DNA of 64,000 nt from an uncultured delta proteobacterium. Lineage in GTDB: Bacteria; Desulfobacterota; Desulfobacteria; Desulfobacterales; Desulfatirhabdiaceae. The DNA is taken from NCBI GenBank assembly GCA_963789395.1, contig CAWBKP010000021.1, forward strand, positions 96,001 to 160,000. Direction: 5' to 3'. The notes under the pieces are model-generated. The model searched no databases and was not told the DNA's origin. It saw only the letters and a list, made by a program, of their open reading frames with translations. Numbering within the stretch: the stretch's first letter is position 1; every line of letters starts with the position of its first letter. Shown one piece after another: positions 21,137 to 31,149 of this stretch. Both the position numbers and the translations under genes were made by a program.

Positions 21137-22642
21137 TTACGCAATTTCGGAAGCGGTTTTTGTCAGGGGTTTCATGTGTGGAAAAAGAATCACCTCGCGT
21201 ATGGAAACCGAGTCCGTCAACAGCATGGCCAGCCGGTCGATGCCGATCCCTTCACCGGCTGTTGGCGGAAGCCCGTATTCCAGGGCTTCTATATAGTCGT
21301 CGTCCATGCAGTGGGCTTCCTGATCACCGGCATCTCGGTCTGCGACCTGCTGGGAAAACCGACTTTTCTGGTCCTGTGGGTCATTTAATTCTGAAAAGCC
21401 GTTGGCGATTTCATAGCCGGCAATAAACAATTCGAAGCGGTCCGTGATCCGGGGGTCGAGGTCGCTTTTTCTGGAAAGCGGGGACACTTCAACCGGATAG
21501 CCTGTGATAAAGGTGGGTTGGATCAGATGCGGCTCCACCAGGGTATCAAAGAGCTTGGTAACAATTTTTCCCAGGCGGTTTTTATGGGCAATCGGGATTC
21601 CCTTTGAAGCCGCAACGTCCAGAAGCCCCTGTCTGTCATTCAAGAGGCCCGGGTCGATCCCTGCAATTTCTGACAGGGCGGCGGCCAGGGTCATCCGTTG
21701 CCATTTTCCGGACATCTCAATGGTGTTTCCCTGATAGACGATCCGGGTCGATCCGGTAACCGCTGAAGCGATTTCTGAGAACATGCGTTCGGTCAGATCC
21801 ATCAGATCTTCATAAGTCGCATATGCCTGATAAAACTCCAGCATGGTAAATTCGGGATTGTGGCGGGTGGAAACCCCTTCGTTTCGGAAATTCCGGTTGA
21901 TTTCAAATACCCGTTCATATCCGCCGACAACCAGGCGCTTGAGATAGAGCTCCGGAGCAATCCTCAAAAACAGATCGATGTTCAGGGCATTATGAAAGGT
22001 GACAAACGGGGTGGCTTCCGCGCCTCCGGCAAGGGTCTGCATCATGGGCGTTTCGACTTCCAGAAAATCCCGTTCCAGCAAAAAAGAGCGAATTGCCTGA
22101 ATCATCCGGCTGCGTTTGATGAAGATGTCGCGAACATCGGCATTCATGATCAGATCAATATAGCGCTGACGATAGCGTTTTTCAGGATCCTTGAGCCCGT
22201 GAAATTTCTCGGGCAAGGGCCTGGTGGCCTTGCAGAGCAGCCGGAGTTCGGTGACCAGAAGTGTCCATTCCCGGGTCTTGGTCTGAAACATTCCCCCTTT
22301 CAGGCCTACAAAATCGCCGACATCCAGTTGCTTGAAAAGATCATATGCGTCATCCCCGACGCTGTCTTTTTTGATATACGCCTGAAGCTGGCCGGTCCGG
22401 TCCCGGAAGCGGATAAACGTGGATTTGCCGAATCGGTTGATGGCCATCATCCTGCCTGCAGTTACAAATACAGGTGTATCCGGCGTAATGGATTCCGGGT
22501 GGTTTTCGGTCTGAAACAGAATATCTTGAACCGTATTCAATACTTTGAAGTCATTAGGGAAAAGCTCAATATGCCGGGCTTTCAATTCAGCCAGTTTTTC
22601 TCTTCGCTTGTCGATAACGTCACTTGATTTTTCATTGTCCAT
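21137..22642 (-). CDS. lysS: Lysyl-tRNA synthetase (class II)
   Basis: RYRQRYIDL, LRIAPELYLKRL, FRNEG, HNPEFT, GIGIDRL. Confidence 0.97.
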   Translation of the reverse strand: MDNEKSSDVIDKRREKLAELKARHIELFPNDFKVLNTVQDILFQTENHPESITPDTPVFVTAGRMMAINRFGKSTFIRFRDRTGQLQAYIKKDSVGDDAYDLFKQLDVGDFVGLKGGMFQTKTREWTLLVTELRLLCKATRPLPEKFHGLKDPEKRYRQRYIDLIMNADVRDIFIKRSRMIQAIRSFLLERDFLEVETPMMQTLAGGAEATPFVTFHNALNIDLFLRIAPELYLKRLVVGGYERVFEINRNFRNEGVSTRHNPEFTMLEFYQAYATYEDLMDLTERMFSEIASAVTGSTRIVYQGNTIEMSGKWQRMTLAAALSEIAGIDPGLLNDRQGLLDVAASKGIPIAHKNRLGKIVTKLFDTLVEPHLIQPTFITGYPVEVSPLSRKSDLDPRITDRFELFIAGYEIANGFSELNDPQDQKSRFSQQVADRDAGDQEAHCMDDDYIEALEYGLPPTAGEGIGIDRLAMLLTDSVSIREVILFPHMKPLTKTASEIA

Positions 22643-22718
22643 TGATGAGATTCTCTTTGCCTGAACGCTGGTTACTCTCCAAGGGGCGGCACAATAAAAC
22701 AAAAAGCCGAGTTTCCCC

Positions 22719-22734
22719 GTTGATAATTATCAAC
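22719..22734. promoter_or_regulatory. Perfect 16-bp palindrome with FNR-type core upstream of lysS
   Basis: gttgataattatcaac contains TTGAT-N4-ATCAA; minus-strand TTGACA at 22769-22774. Confidence 0.45.
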
Positions 22735-23085
22735 TTAAACGTAAACAACTAATTCATTTCCTGGTTTTTGTCAAATTGATATGCGTTGCCTTGTTTAAAT
22801 GCTGGCGAGTATATGAAGAAGGATCTTGTGTGTCAAGAAGGTTTTGACCACAAAATGTGGTGTATGTTGCACTTCCGGCAACGCATGGACAGGACTGGAT
22901 AATTGCTTCGGGGAGCGGTATTTATTTTGTCTTGTAAACCCTCGTCCCCTGGGCAGGGTCAGAGGACGGCTTCTATTGCTTACAGGTATTCAGCGGCAGG
23001 TTGGGTTGGCACATCGTGAAAGTGAATATCGAACCTGACCACATCCATTTTCCGGTCAACTGCTCAAAAAACAGTCATATTTTCA

Positions 23086-24418
23086 CTATTTATAATAAAG
23101 CCGGTCTTCCAGCTTCATGAATCCCCGGATTGCATGGGCTGTCCCGAAGGAGATCGATTCGGCCGGCCAGGGAATGATTTTTCGTCCGACAAAAAACATT
23201 TCCGTACGGGAAGTTTTTAGACCGCAAATCAGCTCGGCCACGGTCCGGCCGTTCAGGGTCGTCATGGAAACCCCGTGCCCGATGCATCCCAGGGAAAAAA
23301 TGGCTTTTTTGTCCTCGCCGAGATATCCGATTGCCGGAGCCATATCCAGGGTAACGGAAACCGGTCCGCCCCATCGGTGGGTAAAACCGATCCCTTTTAG
23401 TTGCGGAAAAACGTCTATTACATGATTCTCAAGATGCTTAAATACCTTATCGTTGAGATCCCGGTTCAGATCCGGGCCGTAACCGAAGGACACATCGCCG
23501 CCGCCCATGACGATTCGATTGTCGCGCGTCAGACGGTAATAATGGATCAGATCCCGCGCATCCTCCACCCCGGCCCGGCATTGCCAGCCAATGGCATCCA
23601 GTTGCGATGCTGAAAGCGGCTCGGTCATGACGATATGTGTAAAGGCCGGCAACTGCATGGATTTTAATTGCGGAAACAGGATCGAGTAGGCATTGGTGGC
23701 GAAAACCAGGAAATCGGATTTCAGGCTGCCGGTTTCCGTTCGGATGGTGAAGCGGGATGAAGTCCCGCGGTCAAAGCCTGTAACCGGTGAGCGCTCGTAA
23801 ATCGTGAGCCCGGCGCCTTCGGCCAGGGCTTTCACCCCTCTTGCAAGCTTGGCAGGGTTGCAAAATGCCGCAACGCGGCTCAAACCATCCCAGTTTGTAA
23901 TAATCGGTATTGAATTCCGATGCCAACCGTTCCCGGGACCATCGTTCCACGCCGCTTAAGCCCCATTTTTCAATGATTTTAAAATCGTGTTCAACCCGCT
24001 TGACCTGGGCCGGGCTGGTGCCGACCAGAAGATAACCGCTGCGTTCATAATCGCAATCGATCCGATTGGCGGTGATGAAATCATGAAGATAATCGACGGC
24101 GTTCTCCATATAGGCCTGGGCTGCGCGGGCTTTCTGGTCGTCGAACCGAAGCCTTGTGATACCTTTGGTCAGGCCGAACAGGGTCATGGAGAAACCGCCG
24201 TTTCGACCCGATGCGCCGTAACCGCACACGTCCGATTCGATCAGCCGCACATCCAGCCCGGGGTTTAATTGCTTGAGATGGTAGCCCGTGGATAATCCCG
24301 TATACCCCCCGCCGATAATAACGACATCGGCGCTGTCATCGGCCGTCAGCTGAGGATTGGGCTGAATGGCTTCCGGCAGCGATTCAAGCCACCAGCTTTT
24401 GGAACGATAATCCGACAT
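23086..24418 (-). CDS. FAD-dependent oxidoreductase (PuuB/gamma-glutamylputrescine oxidase-like), frameshifted near 23865
   Basis: IIGGGYTGL, GASGRNGG in ORF 23771-24418; ATNAYS, YYRLT, WGGP, GHGV in ORF 23086-23883. Confidence 0.85.
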
Positions 24419-24470
24419 GCCACACCTCCTTTTGAAAAAATCGATCTTGACGAAATGACAGAAGGATGAT

Positions 24471-24490
24471 TAAGTTGGATGACTAACTAA
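24471..24490. promoter_or_regulatory. Possible TetR operator (imperfect palindrome)
   Basis: taagttggatgactaactaa between the divergent oxidoreductase and tetR genes. Confidence 0.35.
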
Positions 24491-24548
24491 GTATATATTT
24501 CAATGGCTGATGTCAATCATTTATTTCTCTCCGCTCAAGGACACCCGT

Positions 24549-25175
24549 ATGACCCGGAAAATAGATTTTGAAGATAAGAAAATCAGGATACTGCAAGCGC
24601 TGGGTCAGTGTCTCCAGCATAAGCCTTTTGACCAGACATCCATCAAGGATATCGCGCTGGCCGCCGGCATCAATCACGGACTGCTGCACTATTATTTCAA
24701 AAGCAAGGAAGATATTTTAATCCACTATATCGAGTATGTCCTGCATCTGTACCGGTCCATGTTCGATGACTGGATCGAAGCAAGACGGGCAAAGGCTCCG
24801 AATGCCGGTAGCAGTATTCTGGATGAGTTTTTTAAATTCATGCATGAGAAAGTTACGCTCAATAAAACGCTTTCCACTGTTTTTATCGAGATTTGGGAGA
24901 TCGCGCTTTACAACGGCAAAGTCCGCGTAAAGCTGCAACTGGCATACCGGGAATGGATAGAGGTTCTGAACGGCATGCTCATGTCCGTTACGGACGATGC
25001 CACCGCATCCCGCCGGATCGCTATAGCCACGGTAGCATTTCTTGAGGGCATGGCGCTTTTTTCGGTCATTCTTGATGAAGATCCGATCGACTTCCGGGCG
25101 GCCCTCAGCGGGTTTCAGGAAAATATGATTGCAATACTGACGGGAAAATCGGAAACGGCAAGGTCCGGGAAATAA
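24549..25175 (+). CDS. TetR/AcrR family regulator
   Basis: HTH TSIKDIALAAGINHGLLHYYFKSKEDI. Confidence 0.9.
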   Translation: MTRKIDFEDKKIRILQALGQCLQHKPFDQTSIKDIALAAGINHGLLHYYFKSKEDILIHYIEYVLHLYRSMFDDWIEARRAKAPNAGSSILDEFFKFMHEKVTLNKTLSTVFIEIWEIALYNGKVRVKLQLAYREWIEVLNGMLMSVTDDATASRRIAIATVAFLEGMALFSVILDEDPIDFRAALSGFQENMIAILTGKSETARSGK

Positions 25176-25266
25176 TCATGATGATATCTCCCGGTTCCTG
25201 ACATGCCGTTTAAATTGTCCGATGACGGCTCTTGTATATGCTATCTGGGCAGGGAACAATGCCGAT

Positions 25267-26446
25267 TCAGGCCGGGGGTGCGGTCATCCTGGCAAGGCTA
25301 TTTTTCAGGTCTTCCGGAAGCGCGCTGTTGGCAGACTCAAGAAGGATGTCAGGAACGCCTCCAAGGATTTCATAACTATGGGTGAGGACCCTGTCATCCC
25401 AGATGGTGTTGAGTCGTTTTTGGTTATCGTTTCAGATGCCAGCGCCGGTTTCCATCCACCCAGCCAACAGGTTACCATGTGGTTGACGACCTGGGAATCA
25501 CCTTGCTCGTATCGATAAAACCATCCCTTTTCAAAGCAGGAATCATGCGCCGGTTCTCCAGGAGCCAGGCCAGCGAAACCATGTCGTGGGCCAGCACCGA
25601 ATCAGAGGCGATGATCAGGCCGTTATCAGGCGCAAAGACATACCCCTTGTCCGGGCCGAATGTGGTGAGGAGCTTGTCTGCCGCTGTAATCACCAGGCGC
25701 TGCTTGGTCATCAGGGTCGAAACCGTGTTGGCCTCGGCTGTTTTTTCCGGCAGCGTGGCGGCATCCCGGTGGTATTCCAGGCGGGTGTCATGACGCCAGT
25801 AGCCCACGGCGGCCTTCATGCCCAACGTGCTCCCGGTCAATATATGCCGGGAGCAGCGGGGCATCAGGACGATGTGCTGGACGTCCTTCAGGATGTTCGG
25901 CATCATGATGCCGTGTTTCCAGTGTGATCCGGCTGCGGGAAAGTCCTCATAAAATGCGTTCCACCCGCCTTCCTCGAAACAATGCAGTTCAGCTCCGGAT
26001 GCCTGAACCGCCCCGGCCATGCCAGAAGACGCCATCAACGCGCGCGAGCTTCCGGAAAGCGATGTGGGAGAAAACCGCAGGTTTTGGACTCCGGCCATAT
26101 CCCCCACGATCACCCGTTTGGCCCCTTTTTCCCTGAGGATCTCGACCATGGCGGCAATGGCCGACGGGCTGGTGGTGGCAGGATAGGGATTTCCGGAATT
26201 ATTGACCGGCTTGATGAACACGGCATCCCCTCTGGACAGCCATGAAAAGTCGGTTGCGGCCTCGGCCGCATTACGGACCGCCATTTTCAAAGCTTCTTCG
26301 GAAGCCCCCCTGCTTACTCCGGCCAGAAAGACCCTGGCAGGAGAACCCGGCATCCGTATCGCTGACTTAACGGGAATCCGGGATACCCCTGATCCGTCTG
26401 TACACGGGAACGAGGCATTAACTGATGTTCCAGCAACCGTATTCAT
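25267..26446 (-). CDS. DUF362 domain protein, frameshifted near the 3' end
   Basis: VFIKPVNNS, VIVGD, MPRCSRH, TLGMKAAVG; continuation ...MTAPPA* in another frame. Confidence 0.7.
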
Positions 26447-26618
26447 AAGATCTCTTTCCTTGCAGCCCGGTAATGAATATCCTTGGAAAATACGCCGAAT
26501 TGAATTAATAGTAAAACATAATTTCAATTCGGCGGCGTCCTTGCCTGTCGAGATGTATCCACATTTGCCGCACATTAAAATCAAACGGTCTGTATCCATG
26601 CAAAGGAGAACACGCACC

Positions 26619-27005
26619 ATGATGACCATTCAAACCCATCAGGGAATCAACCGGGAATGTTTCGGGATTCCGGTTCATCTGGCAGAAGGCGAAAGCCGGG
26701 TGGCGCTGCTGACAATCCCTTCCATGGCAGTGGATGAAAGCGGACTCGTGCACGGCGGGTATATTTTCGGCCTTGCGGACTATGCCGCCATGATCGCGGT
26801 CAATCACCCGAATGTGGTTCTGGGCTCATCGGAGGTGAAGTTTTTAAAGCCCGTCAGGGCAGGGGAGACGGTGATTGCCACGGCAACCGCCGAAGCAAGG
26901 CAGGGCAAGAAACAAGTCGTCGCGGTGACCGTTTCGCGAAATGACGAACTCGTTTTTTCGGGAAGCTTTACCTGCTTTGTTCTGGATAAACATGTGCTGG
27001 CGTAA
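26619..27005 (+). CDS. PaaI-type hotdog thioesterase
   Basis: GLVHGGYIFGLADYAAM, VKFLKPV; AAGGAG RBS. Confidence 0.88.
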   Translation: MMTIQTHQGINRECFGIPVHLAEGESRVALLTIPSMAVDESGLVHGGYIFGLADYAAMIAVNHPNVVLGSSEVKFLKPVRAGETVIATATAEARQGKKQVVAVTVSRNDELVFSGSFTCFVLDKHVLA

Positions 27006-27044
27006 GCCCCCAAAAAGGAACCGGCGGTGGCGCTGGGCCATTTT

Positions 27045-27362
27045 ATGACGATCGACATTCCTGCAGATTCCCCGTTTTTTGTGAATACCCCGGACAGTGT
27101 TGCCGTCCCACTGGCGGATATCGTGGCACGGGATACTCCGGACCCGGAACGGGTGAAACGCGCCCGTCAACTGATGATGGAGCCAAGAGCCGGAAAAAGA
27201 GACAAACGAAAACCGATTGACGTCGTGAAGACGGAAAACGGCAAATTCAGGGTGATTGACGGTAACTCCACCCTGCAGGCGCTGAGGGAACTTCAAGAGA
27301 CAATGGCAATCGTTGAAATCAAGGACCGGGATTGCAAAGATCAATGCGGCTGCGCTGCTTGA
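27045..27362 (+). CDS. Small stand-alone ParB/sulfiredoxin-like domain protein
   Basis: KPIDVV...FRVIDGNSTLQAL resembles the ParB/Srx P-I-x-V...IDG motif. Confidence 0.55.
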   Translation: MTIDIPADSPFFVNTPDSVAVPLADIVARDTPDPERVKRARQLMMEPRAGKRDKRKPIDVVKTENGKFRVIDGNSTLQALRELQETMAIVEIKDRDCKDQCGCAA

Positions 27363-27405
27363 TAGTGGATGCCGCCTGCCTGAAATCCCGGTTTGCTATG
27401 ACCCC

Positions 27406-27434
27406 TTGACAGCATACGGAACAAGTATTATATT
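27406..27434 (+). promoter_or_regulatory. sigma70-type promoter
   Basis: TTGACA-17 nt-TATATT upstream of the 27540 gene. Confidence 0.6.
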
Positions 27435-27539
27435 TGTTTAATTATTTGTTATCACATTACTTTATTATCGGAACTTCGTTTCAGATCTACGGTAGGGAGG
27501 CGAATTACACAACACCAACTACAATCAAAGGGGGCTGAC

Positions 27540-27851
27540 ATGAAAGTAAACGATTATTGCAAGAATGTTGAGCAGGAACTGACGGTATGGAAAGCAAGGC
27601 TTTATGATGCAAACCGGAAGATCGACACATTGCCGAGCAACGTAAAACAGCAGATTCTGGGCCACATGGGCGCTCTGCAGATGATTGTCGGCGACATGGA
27701 AGAGCGGATTGCAAAACTTTCTAATGAATGTCCGACTGAGTGGAGCCCTGTCAAAAAAGAGATCGACAAGGGTCATGTTGACATGAGAAGCAAGTATGAA
27801 GAGACCATGGAACTGATCGGCAAAGCGGCGCCTGTTTCCATTGCGGGTTGA
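27540..27851 (+). CDS. Hypothetical helical protein (103 aa)
   Basis: Clean ORF with RBS, own promoter and terminator; CPTEWSP motif. Confidence 0.7.
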   Translation: MKVNDYCKNVEQELTVWKARLYDANRKIDTLPSNVKQQILGHMGALQMIVGDMEERIAKLSNECPTEWSPVKKEIDKGHVDMRSKYEETMELIGKAAPVSIAG

Positions 27852-27918
27852 TAGGAAACAGTTATCACACGCTTTGTATGCACGCATGCAATGATGCTAA
27901 GATGACAATTTGCAAGCC

Positions 27919-27954
27919 AAGAGGCAACCGGTAATCCGGTTGCCTCTTTTTTTT
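27919..27954 (+). terminator. Intrinsic terminator
   Basis: gaggcaaccgg-taat-ccggttgcctc followed by T8. Confidence 0.85.
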
Positions 27955-27974
27955 CGGTTTTTTCGCTTATCACT

Positions 27975-30161
27975 TCAGCGTCTGGGCTTTCCGATGATCA
28001 CGATCCCCAGATGTCCGTCCACGGTGATGAAATCCCCTGTCCGGATTTGATTCACTGCATCCGTCACGCCTGTCACGCAGGGGATGCCGTACTCCCTGGC
28101 GATGATGGCGCCGTGGATGAGCATGCCTCCGCGCCTCTCCACAATCGCCGCGGCAAGGGGGACCACGAAGGTCATTCCGGGGTCCACCGCGTCGCACACG
28201 AGGATCTCCCCGCTGCGAAAACTGAAAAGATCGGCGGAATCGAGAACAACCCTGGCGTTTCCCAGTGCCACGCCGGGTCCGGCCGGTTGACCGAGAATCT
28301 GTCTCGGCTTTAGAAAAAAGCCATTCTTTTTTTTATTAGATCCAGGTGCCTTGCGCTCGGGCGTTTCAAGGCGGGTCTCACTTTGCACCGCTCGCGGCAG
28401 ATCATCGGATACCGATATCTCGTTTTCAGATACTTGCCCTGCCGCCATGCGACGGCGTCCCTCATCCACAGCCGCCAGCAGCTGGCCCTTGATTTTCCCC
28501 ATGTAGATGTTGTCATCATCCCGGATCCGATAGCTGGCCCGGGCCAGTTCAAGCAGTTCAAGGGCAAAAGGCCGCTGTGCTTTTTCGAAACGGGAGAAGA
28601 ACGCCTCATCCGATTGCTCCGGGTGCTGCATTTTTCGGGAGGGCTCATTTTCCGGGCGTGACGTCATCTGTAAAACAAGGTCCAGGAGCCGGCCCGAATC
28701 CTGCCCCAACCGGCCATCCTCCCATGCCAGATCCCCGAATTGCTCCAGAACCTGCTCCAGCAGTTCTTTTACCTCCGAACGGCAGTCGCCGGCCTTTCCT
28801 GCCAGTATGCAGGCCCTGTCGCCGGGATCTTTTCGGATCAATGTCGCAAGATCCTCCAGCATCCGGTTTCTGCGGACGCTGACCAAGCCGGGGCTCCCAA
28901 GCAGGGTCATGAACTGAAAGGGGTCTTCCGGTTTCATGACATCATTGTAGATTTTTCCAAACAATCTCATGCCGTGGGCAAAAGGAATGCAGTCGCGTCT
29001 GTAGATCTCTTCCCAATCCTCATAAATCCGCCTGCGCCTGCGGATCTCCCGGGCAAGGGCCGAATCCGGGAGGGCGGAAAGATTCACCAGGCTCATATCG
29101 AGGGCTTCTTTTTCCATCCGGGGCAGGAGTTCTTTTTCGATCGATGTCCGCAGGGCGTTGAGATTCTCAAAGCTTCTGTGAAGACTCATGTACCACGGGC
29201 GCTGGTCCTCAGACGGGGTTCGGGTGGTGATGGGCCGTGCCTGAAGCGCCACCAGGCTGTCCGTGCAATACGTCCACTCCACATCCTGGGGGGAGCCGAA
29301 CAGGGATTCGGCCTGCATGGCAAGCCCGTAAACCTCCCCGACTTCACTGTCGTTAAGCGGGGGGCGTTTCCGCAGCCGGCGCGGCAGAATCCCCAACCGG
29401 ACATCCCGGGGTCCGGGCATCAGAATCTTTTCTCTGCGGGCCGAATAATGAGATAAAATCCGCCCGCTGTTACGGTCCAGGATCCACCGGTCCGGTTCCA
29501 CGGTCCCGTCTACCAGTCCCTGGTTGAGTCCATGGACGGCCTCGACGGCAGACTGCTTCTCATGAACCGGGCTCATGCCGAAGGCAACCCCCGAGCGCTG
29601 GCCGAAAGCCATCTCCTGGACCACCACCGCCATGGCGCTTTTTCCCACATCGAGGCCAAGCTCCTGCCGGTAGAGAAGCGCCCGGTCGGACCACAGGGAC
29701 GCCCACACAAGCCGGATATGCTCCAGAATGGATGCCGTGCCCCGGATATTGACAAAGGATTCGTGGAGACCCGCAAAGGATGTTTTTGAAGAATCTTCCC
29801 CAGGAGCCGATGACCTGACCGAAACCGGACGCTCGGCAAACCGGGTGGCAAGGATATCCGTCAGTTGCTCCCGGATACTTCCAGTCAAAGGGGTCTTCAT
29901 GAACATGTTCCGGATGCGAAGCGCCGTATCCCAGAGCTCTTCCCACCGCATCTGTTCAAAGGGCTTTCGGTAGAGCTCCATGTAAAGCTGATCCCGTATC
30001 CCCGTTGATGACATATAGTCCCGATAGACCTCCGTGCTGATGGCGACCGCCTCCGGAACATGAAAGCCGTGTTTTCGCAACATTGCCAGGGCAAAGCCCT
30101 TGCCGCCGGTCCGGGACCGGTCCTTTCGGGTGATTTCATGAAGAGACAGGACCGGTTTCAT
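27975..30161 (-). CDS. PEP synthase/rifampicin phosphotransferase-architecture kinase
   Basis: GGKG, VRSSAPGED, SFAGLHES, QDVEW, LQARPIT (ATP-grasp); C-terminal GGMLIHGAIIAREYGIP (His swivel); no PEP-binding barrel. Confidence 0.85.
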   Translation of the reverse strand: MKPVLSLHEITRKDRSRTGGKGFALAMLRKHGFHVPEAVAISTEVYRDYMSSTGIRDQLYMELYRKPFEQMRWEELWDTALRIRNMFMKTPLTGSIREQLTDILATRFAERPVSVRSSAPGEDSSKTSFAGLHESFVNIRGTASILEHIRLVWASLWSDRALLYRQELGLDVGKSAMAVVVQEMAFGQRSGVAFGMSPVHEKQSAVEAVHGLNQGLVDGTVEPDRWILDRNSGRILSHYSARREKILMPGPRDVRLGILPRRLRKRPPLNDSEVGEVYGLAMQAESLFGSPQDVEWTYCTDSLVALQARPITTRTPSEDQRPWYMSLHRSFENLNALRTSIEKELLPRMEKEALDMSLVNLSALPDSALAREIRRRRRIYEDWEEIYRRDCIPFAHGMRLFGKIYNDVMKPEDPFQFMTLLGSPGLVSVRRNRMLEDLATLIRKDPGDRACILAGKAGDCRSEVKELLEQVLEQFGDLAWEDGRLGQDSGRLLDLVLQMTSRPENEPSRKMQHPEQSDEAFFSRFEKAQRPFALELLELARASYRIRDDDNIYMGKIKGQLLAAVDEGRRRMAAGQVSENEISVSDDLPRAVQSETRLETPERKAPGSNKKKNGFFLKPRQILGQPAGPGVALGNARVVLDSADLFSFRSGEILVCDAVDPGMTFVVPLAAAIVERRGGMLIHGAIIAREYGIPCVTGVTDAVNQIRTGDFITVDGHLGIVIIGKPRR

Positions 30162-30613
30162 TGTCCGATGTGAACCTCCACAACACTCTGAAAACGCGTG
30201 ACCACGAAAAATGACCGAACCCGTATCTGGCAGAGGGCGCAACTGGGCGACAAGACAAACTCCCTCAGGTGGGGGTGTTTGGCAAGATAACTATCCAGAA
30301 CATTTTCCCGTTCAAGGGCGGGCACCTCCCCGGCCGTGCCGGTCGCCGTTGAAGCCATGGCCCGGCGAAAGTCGGATGCTTCGTTGGACCGGTTGTCCAC
30401 GAGCATGGACACCCGCGGATCGGCGCAAAGGTTGGCATATTTACGGGTGGAACGGGTGGTGGCGAAATAGAGGGACTTCAGGTCGAGGCTTGAAGCAAAT
30501 GCAACCAGGCTGGTATAGGGCTGACCTCTGTCGTGGGTGGCCAGAACGGCCAGGGGCTGGGAACGCAACAGCTTTCCGAGGTCGCGCTTGACGTTGCTGA
30601 GGTCTTTATCCAT
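30158..30613 (-). CDS. Pyridoxamine 5'-phosphate oxidase-like FMN split-barrel protein
   Basis: AVLAT, PYTSLVAF, TRKYANL, PRVSMLVD; ATGA-coupled to the next gene. Confidence 0.85.
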   Translation of the reverse strand: MDKDLSNVKRDLGKLLRSQPLAVLATHDRGQPYTSLVAFASSLDLKSLYFATTRSTRKYANLCADPRVSMLVDNRSNEASDFRRAMASTATGTAGEVPALERENVLDSYLAKHPHLREFVLSPSCALCQIRVRSFFVVTRFQSVVEVHIGQ

Positions 30614-31142
30614 GGGTTCCTTTCCGGGGCCGGGATAATGGCCGGCCGGCCAACAGGTTCTGTTCGATTGCCTGCTTTCTGAAGAAAAAAATCCGCCTGA
30701 GTTGGGCCGCTACCAGCGGGTGAAAGAGCTCTCCGGCAGGAAAAAGCGGCAGGCGATAGGTAACCTCGTCCCGAATCGTTGTCATCCCGCCTTCTTCATG
30801 AAATCGGTGGGTGTGTACCCACAGCCTGTAGGGGCCGTATATCTGCGTATCCGCGAATCGGCGGGGAGGGTCCCACAGCGAAATCCGCGTTCGCCACCTG
30901 AAGGGAAAGCCGAAGAGCCGCAGCCGGTAATCGATCCGGGTTCCCTTTTTCAGTTGCACGGGCCGGGGGCCGACAATGCGGAAGTGAAGCTCCGGGGGCG
31001 TGATGCGTTCGAGATTCGCGGCGTCGCCGAAAAAGGCAAAAACCGCCGCGATGTCAAGTGGCAGGCGCATGGCGGTCCTGAGGACATGCGTCATCCCATC
31101 CGGTTTTTCAACATCGATACTGAACTCAAAAGGCGCTTTCAT
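30606..31142 (-). CDS. SRPBCC family protein
   Basis: VFAFF, NLERITPP, IDYRL, GPYRLWVHTHRF, IRDEVTY. Confidence 0.85.
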   Translation of the reverse strand: MKAPFEFSIDVEKPDGMTHVLRTAMRLPLDIAAVFAFFGDAANLERITPPELHFRIVGPRPVQLKKGTRIDYRLRLFGFPFRWRTRISLWDPPRRFADTQIYGPYRLWVHTHRFHEEGGMTTIRDEVTYRLPLFPAGELFHPLVAAQLRRIFFFRKQAIEQNLLAGRPLSRPRKGTHG

Positions 31143-31149
31143 GGCGGCA

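Noticed and set aside
22930..22980. GC-rich hairpin as an IS200/IS605 end
   Set aside because: Imperfect, single copy, no transposase; could be a plain terminator
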